A stretch of DNA of 64,000 bases from Tetramitus jugosus (Eukaryota; Protista; Heterolobosea). The notes under the pieces were generated by a model. That model saw nothing but the letters and a program-made list of their open reading frames with translations, was not told the DNA's origin and searched no databases. The stretch lies in NCBI GenBank assembly GCA_937625935.1, contig OW569354.1, forward strand, positions 523,988 to 587,987, written 5' to 3'. Position 1 is the stretch's first letter, and every line of letters starts with the position of its first letter. Below are positions 1 through 11,124 of this stretch, one piece after another. The position numbers were made by a program, and so were the translations under genes.

Positions 1-636
1 GTTGGACCAAATTAACATTCCCACCCGAGAAACATAAATCTTTCCTTGTTTTTCCTGCATACCGAATGTTGTGTGTTGGCTAGAATGACAGAAGAATTTC
101 ATTACTCAGCTGCCGAACTAGATTTTGGCTGCATGGGATAGGAAACCTCCACGTGGCAATTCAATCATTCACTATCGATGCGAATGATAACTAGTTTATT
201 CAACCCACCGGACTCCCGTGAATGAAAATGCTCATGTTTCGATGCTTCCGCTGTTTTTTGTCGAATAAAGCCAGAACAATTCTTTTTTTGGTCGTGATAC
301 GCGTTGTATTGAACAATTGAATCTCGAACACATCACCTGCCAGTGGGAGAATTGTTAAGTAACGTGATGATTGAAACGATTCCCCATGAAAGCTCCAAGG
401 GTGACCCCATTCAATTTCCATGTATGGTTGTCTCCATTGGAATGACAGGAACACGGGGCGATTGTTTTCTAAAAGAGCGAGTTTCGCTCTTTCAAGGCCA
501 GGCTGCCATCTCTTAAGTCTTGACATGTTTCAGAGTTATACCGTTGATCAACAGAAGATCCAATAACGAGCAAACTAGCAAGAAATATTTCGTAAACACA
601 AAATAAACTACTAACAATCCAGGCCAGTTATTCATC

Positions 637-1359
637 ATGAAAGAAGCCATACTCCCAAGTGCTAAGCAAACCGAAACTGCTTTGTTGACAGCAGAGGTAG
701 ATCAGCAGCAACGAGCCACTGAACCACAGCTTGACTCTGCAGAAAACGATTTCCCTCGGGCAGGAAGTCAAATTCCAGTCTCTTGTTCTCGTGCCATTGA
801 CCCATCAAAGCCAACATCCTTCCGCAACACCATCCAAATCTCAAGGTCTGACATGGAAAAGTACTTCAATTGTCCACAGCGTTTGGCTGCTCAAAAGTTG
901 GGTGTTTCTGTGTCAACTCTCAAGAGACGATTCTATCAATTGAAAATGGGTCGATGGCCCTATCAGTTGACACAAGACAGAAGGAGAAGAAGTGTGTGGC
1001 ACTTGGTGAATGAAGTGGAGCCAAAGAGTGAAAAGGAACTGTGTCCAAACACTGTTCAAACACTGACTCGTCTCTTTTCAATGAACCTCCAAGAGCAACA
1101 ATTGTTGGCCACTCAAAATCTATCATCACAAAGAAATCTCTCAATCAACGGAAGTGAACCTCCAAACTTCAAGTTCATGCGATATGTGCCAATCAGTGAA
1201 ACCATGACCAAACCTGTGACAAACACCAATGGCATTCAAAAGAAGCCCAGAAGGTATTTGAGATTAAACCATAGCACAAGCACCAACAATGGATCTCGAA
1301 AAGGAGATGCCAACGGAACGGGACAAAACCGTTCTGGAAATACTCTCTCTGGCAAGTAG
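637..1359 (+). CDS. RWP-RK domain transcription factor
   Basis: Motif ISRSDMEKYFNCPQRLAAQKLGVSVSTLKRRFYQLKMGRWPY matches the RWP-RK helix-turn-helix consensus; intact 240-aa ORF. Confidence 0.85.
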   Translation: MKEAILPSAKQTETALLTAEVDQQQRATEPQLDSAENDFPRAGSQIPVSCSRAIDPSKPTSFRNTIQISRSDMEKYFNCPQRLAAQKLGVSVSTLKRRFYQLKMGRWPYQLTQDRRRRSVWHLVNEVEPKSEKELCPNTVQTLTRLFSMNLQEQQLLATQNLSSQRNLSINGSEPPNFKFMRYVPISETMTKPVTNTNGIQKKPRRYLRLNHSTSTNNGSRKGDANGTGQNRSGNTLSGK

Positions 1360-2128
1360 AAACGGCAGGTACTATTTGGAGATTTGAACAAAGCCACTAG
1401 AATGCACCAGGTCATTTGTACATTACATTAATGTTCTGCATCGCACTTCAATTGTCACAGGCGACGACAAACACTGTAACTCTATAACATTGTACAATAA
1501 AAAGTAAACAATGTAGATTGTCGGTGGGATGATCTGTTGAAAACAATTTAGAATCCAGATCGCTTCTATACCTTTCCGTTAGTTATGGTTGCTTCTGGCT
1601 TATTGCCACGAGTAAACGAGTGGCAAGTGGTTGGAGAATTTGTTGGTTCTTATCATACACTTCACTGTCATACAATTCACCCAGAGTGAACGATATATCA
1701 GATATCCTTGAATAAGAATCGGACTGGGTTAAATAGCGCTTGTACAACAAATTGCATGTCCGCTTGCAAAGCGGAGGCGTGAAGTTTCCGAAGAGTTAAA
1801 AGACGCTGTTACAAACGATTTTTGATCGCTTGCTGTCATGTGTTTAGTCGAACAGTTCACTCCACAGTCGAACATTCCTTTCGGCATGGAGGCTGCTCAC
1901 AAGGTCTCACCTGCAAAGCACATGAGTTTATTTCATCACTTGAAATTGATCATCGATCGAATGAAACTTATTGAGATGAAGGGGATGACTTTGGTGGAGC
2001 AGTAACGGAATAAGGTTTTGTGTGATTGTCCAATCCTTTTCAAGTACGATTTGATTGACTAGACCATCAACCTGAAGCTCTCTTACTTCTCTTTGTGAGC
2101 ATGGTGGAGGTTTGTTTTTCTATGTGAT

Positions 2129-3565
2129 CTAAAATGCTCCAATACCTTGTGCAAACATCAAGTCCTCCCCAGTCTTTCTATTGCTCTCCATCATCCTTTG
2201 CCATTCCGGTACGAGAATATTGTCTGGGTCAAGCTGAATTAGTAATCGATAGGCATGAGCTATGTCTCCGTAATAATTGGAGTTATCTCCATTTTTCTTA
2301 CCCAGTCTCCTTTCAACTATGATCTCCATATTCTCAATGAATTTGAAGACAAGGGATGTAAGAAAACTGACTGGAACCTTGGTCTCTTGTAGTTTAGCAA
2401 CACAGTAGAAGAGCGACTCAGTGTAACGACGAACAGATAATTGGGCTAGGTGATTATCATTGTAATCAACATTCGGGTGTTCTTCTGAGAGTAAATAGTT
2501 GTAGGACCTTAAGATATCAACAGATAACATTAGTGTTTGCTTCTCTGTGAATGGGAACTGCTTGAATCCATGAAGAATCATAGATAGAAACTTGGATTTC
2601 GAAAGCAGTGTCTTGTTTGGGTTTCTTGGGAAGACCTCGGCATATCGATCCAGTGCATCTTGGAGAGTTGTCCAGCTAAATTGCTCATGACAGAACTGTA
2701 GGACCAAGGATTCAGCTGAAGGTAGTAAATGTGGATTTCTATCCACTCTGAACTTGTTAACATTCTTGCGAATAAATTCATAGATAGCTGAGGAACCATC
2801 ACCAATTAATGTTCTGCTCGTCATACATAATAAATTCAAACTGCTTTCAACTTTTGGCATCAATTGATAAGCCATGTTGCTTCTTCTCATCTCTTCTAAT
2901 AGGACCCTTGCTTCACCAAAATTGTTATTTTTCACATAAAAGTAAACCAAGTCATGTTGAACCATTCTGTAGTCACATTCGTATAATCTGGGATTCAATA
3001 TAGATGCAATAGAGAGATATTGCTCAGCATCTTCAAGCCAACATTCCTCTAGCCTTGCATGCTTGCTAAGGAAGTGCATCAAGGTACCCAAGTAGTAAAA
3101 ACTCTCCTGAGTGTTATCAGGATACAACGCTTTCAAATCCTTGATGTAGGAATGCATTTGTTCATCATTTTTGTTACTAGACTCGTAAATAGCAAGACAA
3201 GCTAGGATCACAGCCTCGAATTCCTTATGGGTCGTTACTACCTTTTTGTAGATATCATATGCTCGGTAAACGACATCTCGCGATTGCGTCTGTAGATTCA
3301 CTAGAGTTACACCCATGAGGATGAGGCAGACAGTCCACTCGAAGTATTCCTCTGAGTTCAGAGTTTTCTCAAGTTCTTTCTCTTCGAAATTCTTTACTTT
3401 TGCTTCGAAAAAGATATAGGTATCTTGTGGAAGAGTTACGTCGATTATCCAATAAATCCCTTTAGGATCTTGATCAAGGATTTTACGAACCATTTGAAAA
3501 ATATGATTTGGTGACCAGTTTTTCAAAGAATGGTTGAAGAGGGGACCATCAAAATTATCTCCCAT
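2129..3565 (-). CDS. Hypothetical alpha-helical (TPR-like) protein
   Basis: 478-aa ORF with TPR-like segments (ESFYYLGTL...AEQYLSIASILNP; YGDIAHAYRLLIQLDPDN). Confidence 0.6.
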   Translation of the reverse strand: MGDNFDGPLFNHSLKNWSPNHIFQMVRKILDQDPKGIYWIIDVTLPQDTYIFFEAKVKNFEEKELEKTLNSEEYFEWTVCLILMGVTLVNLQTQSRDVVYRAYDIYKKVVTTHKEFEAVILACLAIYESSNKNDEQMHSYIKDLKALYPDNTQESFYYLGTLMHFLSKHARLEECWLEDAEQYLSIASILNPRLYECDYRMVQHDLVYFYVKNNNFGEARVLLEEMRRSNMAYQLMPKVESSLNLLCMTSRTLIGDGSSAIYEFIRKNVNKFRVDRNPHLLPSAESLVLQFCHEQFSWTTLQDALDRYAEVFPRNPNKTLLSKSKFLSMILHGFKQFPFTEKQTLMLSVDILRSYNYLLSEEHPNVDYNDNHLAQLSVRRYTESLFYCVAKLQETKVPVSFLTSLVFKFIENMEIIVERRLGKKNGDNSNYYGDIAHAYRLLIQLDPDNILVPEWQRMMESNRKTGEDLMFAQGIGAF

Positions 3566-3735
3566 GCTTCTTGTTGTTTGTTGCTTGATTTTATGGCAAG
3601 CGAAACAATAGACTTTACTGTTGCAAAAATTGAAGAAAGAACAGTCGACCGGATTAAGTTTGGATTAGAGGAATCATAAAACGAAGTTGTGAGAATGAAG
3701 ACTACTTTCATACCTTTTTCCCAACTAATAATGTC

Positions 3736-4458
3736 TCAAAATCGAAAGTCGATCCTCTCTGAGAAAGCACAATACTCCATTGTTTGGCTCAATGTCGAAC
3801 TCTGAATCACACAAACATGTGATAGTTGTGTAATGTTTTTGCAAGACCGTAACTCAAGCCTCTTGAGTTTCACACACTTGCTCGCGATGATTTGAACAAC
3901 AAAATCAGTCACTGCGTCACAGCCGTTCAAAATGAAGTGTTCAATATGCTGTCCATGGGCCAATATGAAGTTAATAAGGGCTTCTTGACTGATCGCAGCA
4001 TGAACCAGTTTGTCGTTTTCCGCTGAACTTCTTTCTCGAACTGTTGTTCGATTTCTAACCAAATCCACTCTCCGGTACAAGAATGCATGATAAATCTCTA
4101 GTTGCTCCAGTGGGATAACTCTCGTGAACGGATTCCCTCTGACTCGACGATTCCTATTGCTTGTGATGGCATCATAATTGTACAATCCAATCACTGATTC
4201 CGACACATGAGAATGTCTCGGATTAGACAACAAATAGTGAAACAGTCGACAGACAAACTTTAGTCGAAGGATGTTGACTGTAGGAAGATAAGATATAATG
4301 CTGATCCAGAGATCTTCGGACATGTGGTAAATATTTTCGTGGGCGTTGCCCAGTGATTCATCATACAGTTCCTTGATTGCCCTCTGCTTCTTTTGAACAA
4401 GTTTGAAGTTTCTTCTCTTGGCTCGTTTCTCTGCCTGCATCATCTTGGCACTCTTCAT
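3736..4458 (-). CDS. F-box/LRR protein
   Basis: F-box (MSEDLWISIISYLPTVNILRLKFVCRLF) plus cysteine-containing LRRs (LNGCDAVTD; LKRLELRSCKNIT). Confidence 0.75.
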   Translation of the reverse strand: MKSAKMMQAEKRAKRRNFKLVQKKQRAIKELYDESLGNAHENIYHMSEDLWISIISYLPTVNILRLKFVCRLFHYLLSNPRHSHVSESVIGLYNYDAITSNRNRRVRGNPFTRVIPLEQLEIYHAFLYRRVDLVRNRTTVRERSSAENDKLVHAAISQEALINFILAHGQHIEHFILNGCDAVTDFVVQIIASKCVKLKRLELRSCKNITQLSHVCVIQSSTLSQTMEYCAFSERIDFRF

Positions 4459-4832
4459 TTTTGAATTGATTTGTTTGGTTCAGATCCAAAATGTTCAAGT
4501 TCAAGGAGAACGGCAGAAAGAGTTCCGAGCTTGGTTTTACTGTCAAACTATCTTCCCCGTTACAAGCATAACAAGAAGGTCCCTTCTGCAGCAATAAGCT
4601 CTTGTTGACGATACCAATCATATTAATCAAGAGAAAGTTGAGCTACGAGCTGTTGCGCTTCGAGCCGATCCACTGCATGATCAAGTCCTTTTAATCCTGC
4701 AATTACTCCTCCCGCCATCAAACATCACTCTGTGAAAAAAACTCCCAACTGGAAATCACATTTCTCCCCCACAAAACACCGACAGCGAACAGGGGAAAGG
4801 AAACCAGAAAAACAACAACATACAAAACAACA

Positions 4833-5887
4833 ATGAGACATCTTATTGCGCTTCTGGTTCTAGTGTTGGCTTTCACCACAGCATACACCACTGCAATCAA
4901 CAACAGAGTCCAATTGGCTCAAAACAAGAAAAACACAAAGGCTGGTTTTGTCAAGAATCACGCCTTTAGAAACAGTGCTCTCGGAAGCAGAATCACTCAG
5001 AGATTGCCATTGGAGTATGTTGATCCAAAAGCTCTTCCTGTTTCTTGGGATTGGAGAAATGTGAACGGTACCAACTACCTCAGTGCCACCAGAAATGTAA
5101 GCTTTTTTTTTCTGTCGACATTTGAAAAACCGCCAAAATTTTTTCTACGACTCGGGGGTGTGTGAAAAATTTGTCTGTGCAGAAGCTAATCGTCATCCTC
5201 TCTTTTTTACTTGCTGCTATATAGCAACACATTCCTCAATACTGTGGAAGCTGTTGGGCCCATGGATCCACCAGTGCTCTCGCCGACAGAATCAACATTC
5301 AAAGAAAGGGTCAATGGCCATCCACCATGCTCTCTGTTCAACATGTGTTGGCCTGTGCCAACGCAGGAAGCTGCCACGGTGGTGATGACATTCCAGTCTA
5401 TGCCTATGCTGCTTCTGAAGGTATCCCTGATGAGACTTGCAACAATTATCAAGCCATTGATCAAAAGTGTGAGCCTTTCAATGCCTGTGGAACTTGCACT
5501 GGATTTGGTGATAACAAGTGTGCTCCAATCAAGAACTATAGAAGATGGAAGGTTTCAGACTATGGTCCAGTGAAGGGTGGTCGTGACGGTATCAAGGCTG
5601 AAATCTTTGCTCGTGGTCCAGTTTCCTGTGGTATTGATGCGACAGCTGGTCTCGATGCATACACTGGTGGTATCTACAAGGAGTATGTTGCAGTGCCAAT
5701 GATTAATCACATTGTGTCTATTGTTGGATGGGGTGTGGAGAATAATGTGGAATACTGGATTGTGAGAAATTCTTGGGGACAACCGTATGGTGAGAATGGA
5801 TTCTTCCGTATTGTCACTGGTGATGCTCAGTACAATCTTGGTATTGAGACTGACTGCTCATTTGGTGTTCCTGTGTTGCCAAACTAA
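4833..5887 (+). CDS. CTSZ: Cathepsin X/Z-like papain-family cysteine protease (2 exons: 4833-5096, 5225-5887)
   Basis: Signal peptide; GTAAG...ATAG intron 5097-5224 joins ATRN to [12 protein letters not shown] (HIP insertion typical of cathepsin X); catalytic His in INHIVS and Asn in RNSWG. Confidence 0.92.
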
Positions 5888-6153
5888 AACATTCAGGTGT
5901 GAATTGCCTTTTGAAATGTTTTTAAAGAACAACGACAACAACAACAACATGTATTCTATGCTTGCTAACCAGTAAAGAAACTGTACTTTCTTTCACACAA
6001 ACTCACATCTTGAAATTTGCTGGGTCTTGTTGAATCAAGCGACCAATATCGTAAAAAAGAAATGCTCCTTTACGATAATTGAACAAAACTCCGGTCGTAG
6101 CAGAAAAGTTAACAAGATCCCATCAACTTGTCTGATGATGGGGCTTGTTAACC

Positions 6154-6564
6154 ATGGCAATTGTCGTAACCCACGTTAGATCACAACAAACAAGAAATGC
6201 AAAACATATCCACTATACTCAAGTTGGTCCCAGCACCATCAAGGATCTTAGCCAAATCATAAAGGCGTATCCCAGGGCAGAGTTCAAATCGAAAGGATCA
6301 ATCGAATCGCGAGTGTATTTTGGAATCATATGCTACCACAAAGATGGCCGTGTCATCCAATCACATGACAACTTTAGGCGAGAGGAGCAGTGTACCATTA
6401 AGCTTGAGAGCACGGGAGATGGTCAAACTGTATTCACACTATCTGGTTCACCAACCACTTGGTTTTCCAATGATTCAATTGGATACTACAGAGCGATTGG
6501 TTTCTACTTGGATGGCGATACGACTCATGAGCCGGACAATGTCCACTTCGTCAATGCGGGCTGA
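6154..6564 (+). CDS. Hypothetical small protein
   Basis: Open frame with globular composition, first in-frame ATG at 6154; no recognisable motif and start uncertain. Confidence 0.35.
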   Translation: MAIVVTHVRSQQTRNAKHIHYTQVGPSTIKDLSQIIKAYPRAEFKSKGSIESRVYFGIICYHKDGRVIQSHDNFRREEQCTIKLESTGDGQTVFTLSGSPTTWFSNDSIGYYRAIGFYLDGDTTHEPDNVHFVNAG

Positions 6565-6599
6565 AAAATGCGGAAATAGGGCAATAATGCAAGTATAGT

Positions 6600-6714
6600 G
6601 TCTACGTTCATACAATGGTGGATCTTCCCATTTCGAATAGAGAAGTTAAGCACCATCTGGCTGAGTTAGTATTGAGATAGGAGACTACTCGAGAACCCTC
6701 AGTAATGTAGGCTT
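6600..6714 (+). rRNA. 5S rRNA gene (dispersed copy, shorter than usual)
   Basis: GTCTACG...TGTAGGC helix I, CATAC, GAAGTTAAGC, GTTAGTA, GGAGAC and GAA landmarks of eukaryotic 5S; followed by a TTTT Pol III terminator. Confidence 0.88.
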
Positions 6715-6806
6715 TTGCTTCCGCTTCTCCGTGTTATTGCATGCTCTGACCCTGTAGTTTCTTTGTAGTTAATGCTTGTTCCCTCCGTTTCCCATTGAAA
6801 AAATAA

Positions 6807-9719
6807 TTAATTGAAGATTGATTTTACAGACATAAGTTCGGACTGAAGCAGTGGGAGCTTGTTCTTCTTGAACCTCAGAAATTCTCTTGCATCCTCTTCC
6901 AGAACAGCTAGTCTTGTCTTCAAGATGACATTGTTGGGCTCTCGCTCAAGACTTTGTCGAATTCGTTTTCGTTCTTCTAATTCTCGCATGTACTTTGGCT
7001 CCATTGTGCCAAAGAATGTCATCAGTTCTGATGTGAGATACTTGACTCGCGATACGGAATCTAATTGATTTAGGTTCTTGTTTGGAGAAGTGTTTGGTGG
7101 CATCATGGTCGGTTCAGACTTATCATTGTGTTGTTCATTGTCGAGTAATAGCTCAATCGGTCGTCTGGGTGGTGGTCTTTTCCATTCGATAGTAGAAAGG
7201 AAGAAAGGAGAGCTGGTGGATGGAGCTGTTACAATTGAACGAACCAAGTTAATTCTCTTCTTTTCTTGTTTCTTTAACAGGTGGAACTTCCAAGTTGAAA
7301 AGTACCGAACAATGATACTAACAGACTCCATCGATATTGGCATTTCTCGTTGGACTTGATGTTTCACGTGGTTGTCGTACCTTTCAACTCCACGCATAAG
7401 GAACTGTCTTAATGCTCGCTCCAACAAAATTCTCTTGTGTTTCTCCAGGGCTTGCAATGTCAGTTCTCCTTTCTCTTTCCTCATCTGAGAGAAGAGTTTG
7501 AAGCAACGAGCAACCTTTTGGAAAGTTTTTCTTGAAAAGAAGATATCAGCTCTCCGTTTCGAGTTCAACTCTATATATCTTTCTTGCAACCTCTGCCTCC
7601 ATAGTCGGAGGATCTTCTGACGCAAAACACTACAATAACACGTAGTCGCTTCTTCTGATCGAGAATTCTTCCCTTTTCGAATCGACAAGTAAATACCCCA
7701 TGCTTTCAAACACCTCTTCAACAAATTCTTAACGAAGCTACTGTGAGCCCTTTTGTTCTCCAAATTCGATAGAATTCTAGAATGATAATATTGTTTCATG
7801 GAAGAGAATATTCTTTGCAGTCTTTTTCGATTCAAGGGTTGTTGAATCAACTTCACTCTTTCTAACATTAATTCTTCCTTCTCTTTTTGTTTGTGAGCAT
7901 ATAGACTTAGCGACTGCATTACCTTTCTCTTTAAATGAGCCGAGTGAAACTGTTCTGCTTTTCGATACCACACACTCAACTCCATGTTTGAGTTGTATTC
8001 AGATATCCAATGGCGGAAATATGTGCGATAACATAGTTGTGAATAGAATGTTTGAGCAGTCTCCTCATCGAGTTGATTGGCGTCTCGAATTGTTTGTTCT
8101 CTCTTCCAGTAATTAAAGTATCTATTCTTGACAAAGAACGAGTAAATATTCGTTGATTTGTTGATTTCATCTAACTTAATCTGTCTATGTTTTTGATACA
8201 ACGTGAATGCCTTCAATGCTCGAAACATCAATCGGAAGGCATTAAAGCGGAGTGCTGATTGATGCTTCTGAAGATCCACGACATTTTTCTGTGTTTCCAT
8301 CCACCAAATTTGAAAGAAATACCGTTTAGTGTTGAACAGATACAACCGAGTTGCTTCGAGTTCATACGCTCTCTTTCTATTAAACCTAACAAGCTCGCAT
8401 AACCACACGTTGAAGTATCGAGCAATGAGATTTCGATTCGATAAAGCGATGACTTTTTGATGAGTAGTTTTCTGCTTAACTCTCTCATCTCGATACAATT
8501 TGAGAGCCTCAAAGTATTGGGAAGCGTAACGAAGCAAATAATGTCGATCCGCTTCTCTGATGAGAGCTTTACTGTGTCTATTGCTATCTACATAATAGAG
8601 TATGGAGTGAAAAGTTTTTCTGACCAATGTAGTATCATAGTGTTCTATTGCGAGCTTAACTTGTTTCAATTCTCGTTTTTCGATCTTCAATTTCGCTTTG
8701 ATTGCCCATATTTGAAAGTATTTTCTCTTTGAACTGAACAGGTCATACTTTTTCGATTGTAATCTCTGATTTCGTCTCCTCCTATGAAGATCTCTATTCA
8801 TCTTGAATGATTGCAATCCAACTTTCTTCAGGACAAACTCGCGGTACTTTTCGGATTGCTCCCATAGGGTTCGTTGTCGATTCAACCACCTCCAATACCG
8901 AAAATATTTCAGGATTAATTGAGAGATAAAGTGGTGGTCTGCCAGTTGATTCAAATCTCTTTTCCATCTCGTATGCCGAGCATGACACGTTAAAGCTATT
9001 ATTGCTCTGCTCATTACATTCATGTTTGCTCGTTTAGCTGCTTCTTCAAGTTTCACATCTTCTTGACAACGTAAGTCATACAGTTTCGTCCTCCACTTGT
9101 AAAAGAATTGTTGCAAGATACTCAATTTCGATCTTGCTCCTAGTATGAATTCTTTTTTCCAAATTTCCATTCGGTCCTCCTTTTTCTTCTTCCATTGCTT
9201 GAACACTAACCTATACAAGCGTCGGTTATAGGATTGATCTGCTTTGTTGGTTCGTTCTTCTTGTTTTTTCCTCACGTGCTCCTTCCATTTAATCACTGCT
9301 TTTGTGGCTATTTCATTGGATTTTCTGCTTCTCAATCTATTAAACAAAACTTGTTCCTTCTTGAATAATTCTGAAAATTGAGAATCTTCAGTTGGTTCGA
9401 TCGATCTGTCAAGGGCATGACTAGAAATTTGTGGAGGGGATTTTTCCAATCCTTTCTTCACATTTCTGATCCTTTCTAATCTAGAGGGGATATTCGAGCT
9501 GGGTTGGTCCGATATCGTTGCTTGATTTGTTGGTTTCGGTATCTTGATGCCAGTCGACGGTTGAGGAGCAGCTCTAACCGATCGAGGAGTGGGAAACTCT
9601 GCCGTTTGAAGGTTCGATGCACGTTGTGCTATCCCTTGCTTCTTTGTTGCCGTTGTCGAGAGAGGAGGGTTTGATTTAATATTTCTTGTCAATTTCTGAT
9701 TATTGAGTCGGGGATGCAT
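6807..9719 (-). CDS. SFI1: SFI1-like centrin-binding protein
   Basis: 970 aa of recurring Sfi1-type repeats (A..h......L.+.F..W; e.g. ADHHFISQLILKYFRYW, ATRLYLFNTKRYFFQIW). Confidence 0.8.
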   Translation of the reverse strand: MHPRLNNQKLTRNIKSNPPLSTTATKKQGIAQRASNLQTAEFPTPRSVRAAPQPSTGIKIPKPTNQATISDQPSSNIPSRLERIRNVKKGLEKSPPQISSHALDRSIEPTEDSQFSELFKKEQVLFNRLRSRKSNEIATKAVIKWKEHVRKKQEERTNKADQSYNRRLYRLVFKQWKKKKEDRMEIWKKEFILGARSKLSILQQFFYKWRTKLYDLRCQEDVKLEEAAKRANMNVMSRAIIALTCHARHTRWKRDLNQLADHHFISQLILKYFRYWRWLNRQRTLWEQSEKYREFVLKKVGLQSFKMNRDLHRRRRNQRLQSKKYDLFSSKRKYFQIWAIKAKLKIEKRELKQVKLAIEHYDTTLVRKTFHSILYYVDSNRHSKALIREADRHYLLRYASQYFEALKLYRDERVKQKTTHQKVIALSNRNLIARYFNVWLCELVRFNRKRAYELEATRLYLFNTKRYFFQIWWMETQKNVVDLQKHQSALRFNAFRLMFRALKAFTLYQKHRQIKLDEINKSTNIYSFFVKNRYFNYWKREQTIRDANQLDEETAQTFYSQLCYRTYFRHWISEYNSNMELSVWYRKAEQFHSAHLKRKVMQSLSLYAHKQKEKEELMLERVKLIQQPLNRKRLQRIFSSMKQYYHSRILSNLENKRAHSSFVKNLLKRCLKAWGIYLSIRKGKNSRSEEATTCYCSVLRQKILRLWRQRLQERYIELNSKRRADIFFSRKTFQKVARCFKLFSQMRKEKGELTLQALEKHKRILLERALRQFLMRGVERYDNHVKHQVQREMPISMESVSIIVRYFSTWKFHLLKKQEKKRINLVRSIVTAPSTSSPFFLSTIEWKRPPPRRPIELLLDNEQHNDKSEPTMMPPNTSPNKNLNQLDSVSRVKYLTSELMTFFGTMEPKYMRELEERKRIRQSLEREPNNVILKTRLAVLEEDAREFLRFKKNKLPLLQSELMSVKSIFN

Positions 9720-9787
9720 GTCATGTTTTTTTGATCGGTTTTATTGTAGTTATCGTTTCTCTCTTGAAACAAAACTCTCGACAAAGC

Positions 9788-10943
9788 TTACTCTAGTGAT
9801 TCCAAAAACTCGTCAGATTCAATTAGTTCCTTCACAACGTCTAATCCGCCAATGAGTTGACCCTTGCTGTACAGTTGAGGAAAGGTTGGCCAGTTGGAAT
9901 AAGTTTTCAATCCCTCTCGCACGTCATTATCACTCAAAATATCAAAATGTCCAAAAGCAACCTTTTGTTCGTTCAGCAATTGAACAATTTTGTTTGAGAA
10001 ACCACACTTTGGAGCAGATGGAGCACCCTTCATGAACAACATGACAGGGCTTTGGTTAATGAGATGCTTGAGCTTTTCTTCCAGTGGCAGTTGATTAATT
10101 GGATCAATGTCCAACTCCTCCAAGAAATCACCAGACTCAATAAGCTCTTTGACAACGTCCAACCCTCCAATAAGTTGACCCTTGCTATACAATTGAGGAT
10201 AAGTTGGCCAATTAGAATAAGTTTTCAATCCTTCTCTCACTTCGTGATCACTCAAAATGTCAAAGTGTCCAAAAGTCACCTTTTGTTCGTTCAACATTTG
10301 AACCATTTTGTTTGAGAAGCCACATTTTGGAGAAGATGGAGAACCCTTCATGAACAACATGACAGGACTCTGGTTCACTAGTGACTTGAAATCAATGGCT
10401 GATTTTTGTTGTTGAGCAACAGACACATTTTCCTTTGTTGCTTCCTTTGCCAAGGCAGCCAATCGATTCACATGTTGAGCCACCATTTGTGGACTTGCAC
10501 CTTCCACTTTGGCAATTTGAGTCTTTCCATGTTGACTCAGGAAGACAAATGCAGGAACAGATTCAATCGCATACTTTTCAGTCACTTCTGAAACATTCTC
10601 TGCTTCCACTCTTAAAAATTGTACCTTTTCTGTTTTGATGAAATCAGCAAATAAAACAAAAAATCAATTGTCGATAGTAGTAGTAATAGTAGAAAGGTGG
10701 TGATATGTTAGCTAAAAAACCATTGCAATCATCATCCAACTAGGGTCGAAAAAAAAAAAGTTTCATAAATGAAAAGAATTGGTACCACTAACCATTATTG
10801 ATTTGAGATTCCAATTCAAGCAAGAATTGATCCATCATTGTACATGGAGTGCACCAGTCGGCCCAAAAATGAATGACAGAGCATGGTTGTTGTGCAATCT
10901 TTTGATTAAAGTCTTGTTCGGATGCAATATCGAGTAGTGGCAT
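9788..10943 (-). CDS. GLRX3: Multidomain monothiol glutaredoxin, Trx + 2 Grx (PICOT/Grx3); exons 10943-10793 and 10629-9788
   Basis: Exon 1 MPLLDI...HFWADWCTPC; GTTAGT...CAG intron 10792-10630; two PKCGFS...NWPT(Y/F)PQLY glutaredoxin domains. Confidence 0.92.
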
Positions 10944-11124
10944 GATTGAGTTCTACAAATATAGTTGTTATTGTTGTTATTGTTGTTGATTTGTTTTTTG
11001 TTTTCTGAGAAGCTAAAGATTCTCCAACAGTGTTTTGCCGCTTTGTTTCTAAGGATAATTGTCCGCACTGCTGCTTGAGCTGAATTTATGAGATCAAACA
11101 ACAAATTAAAAAACTGTGCATCAC

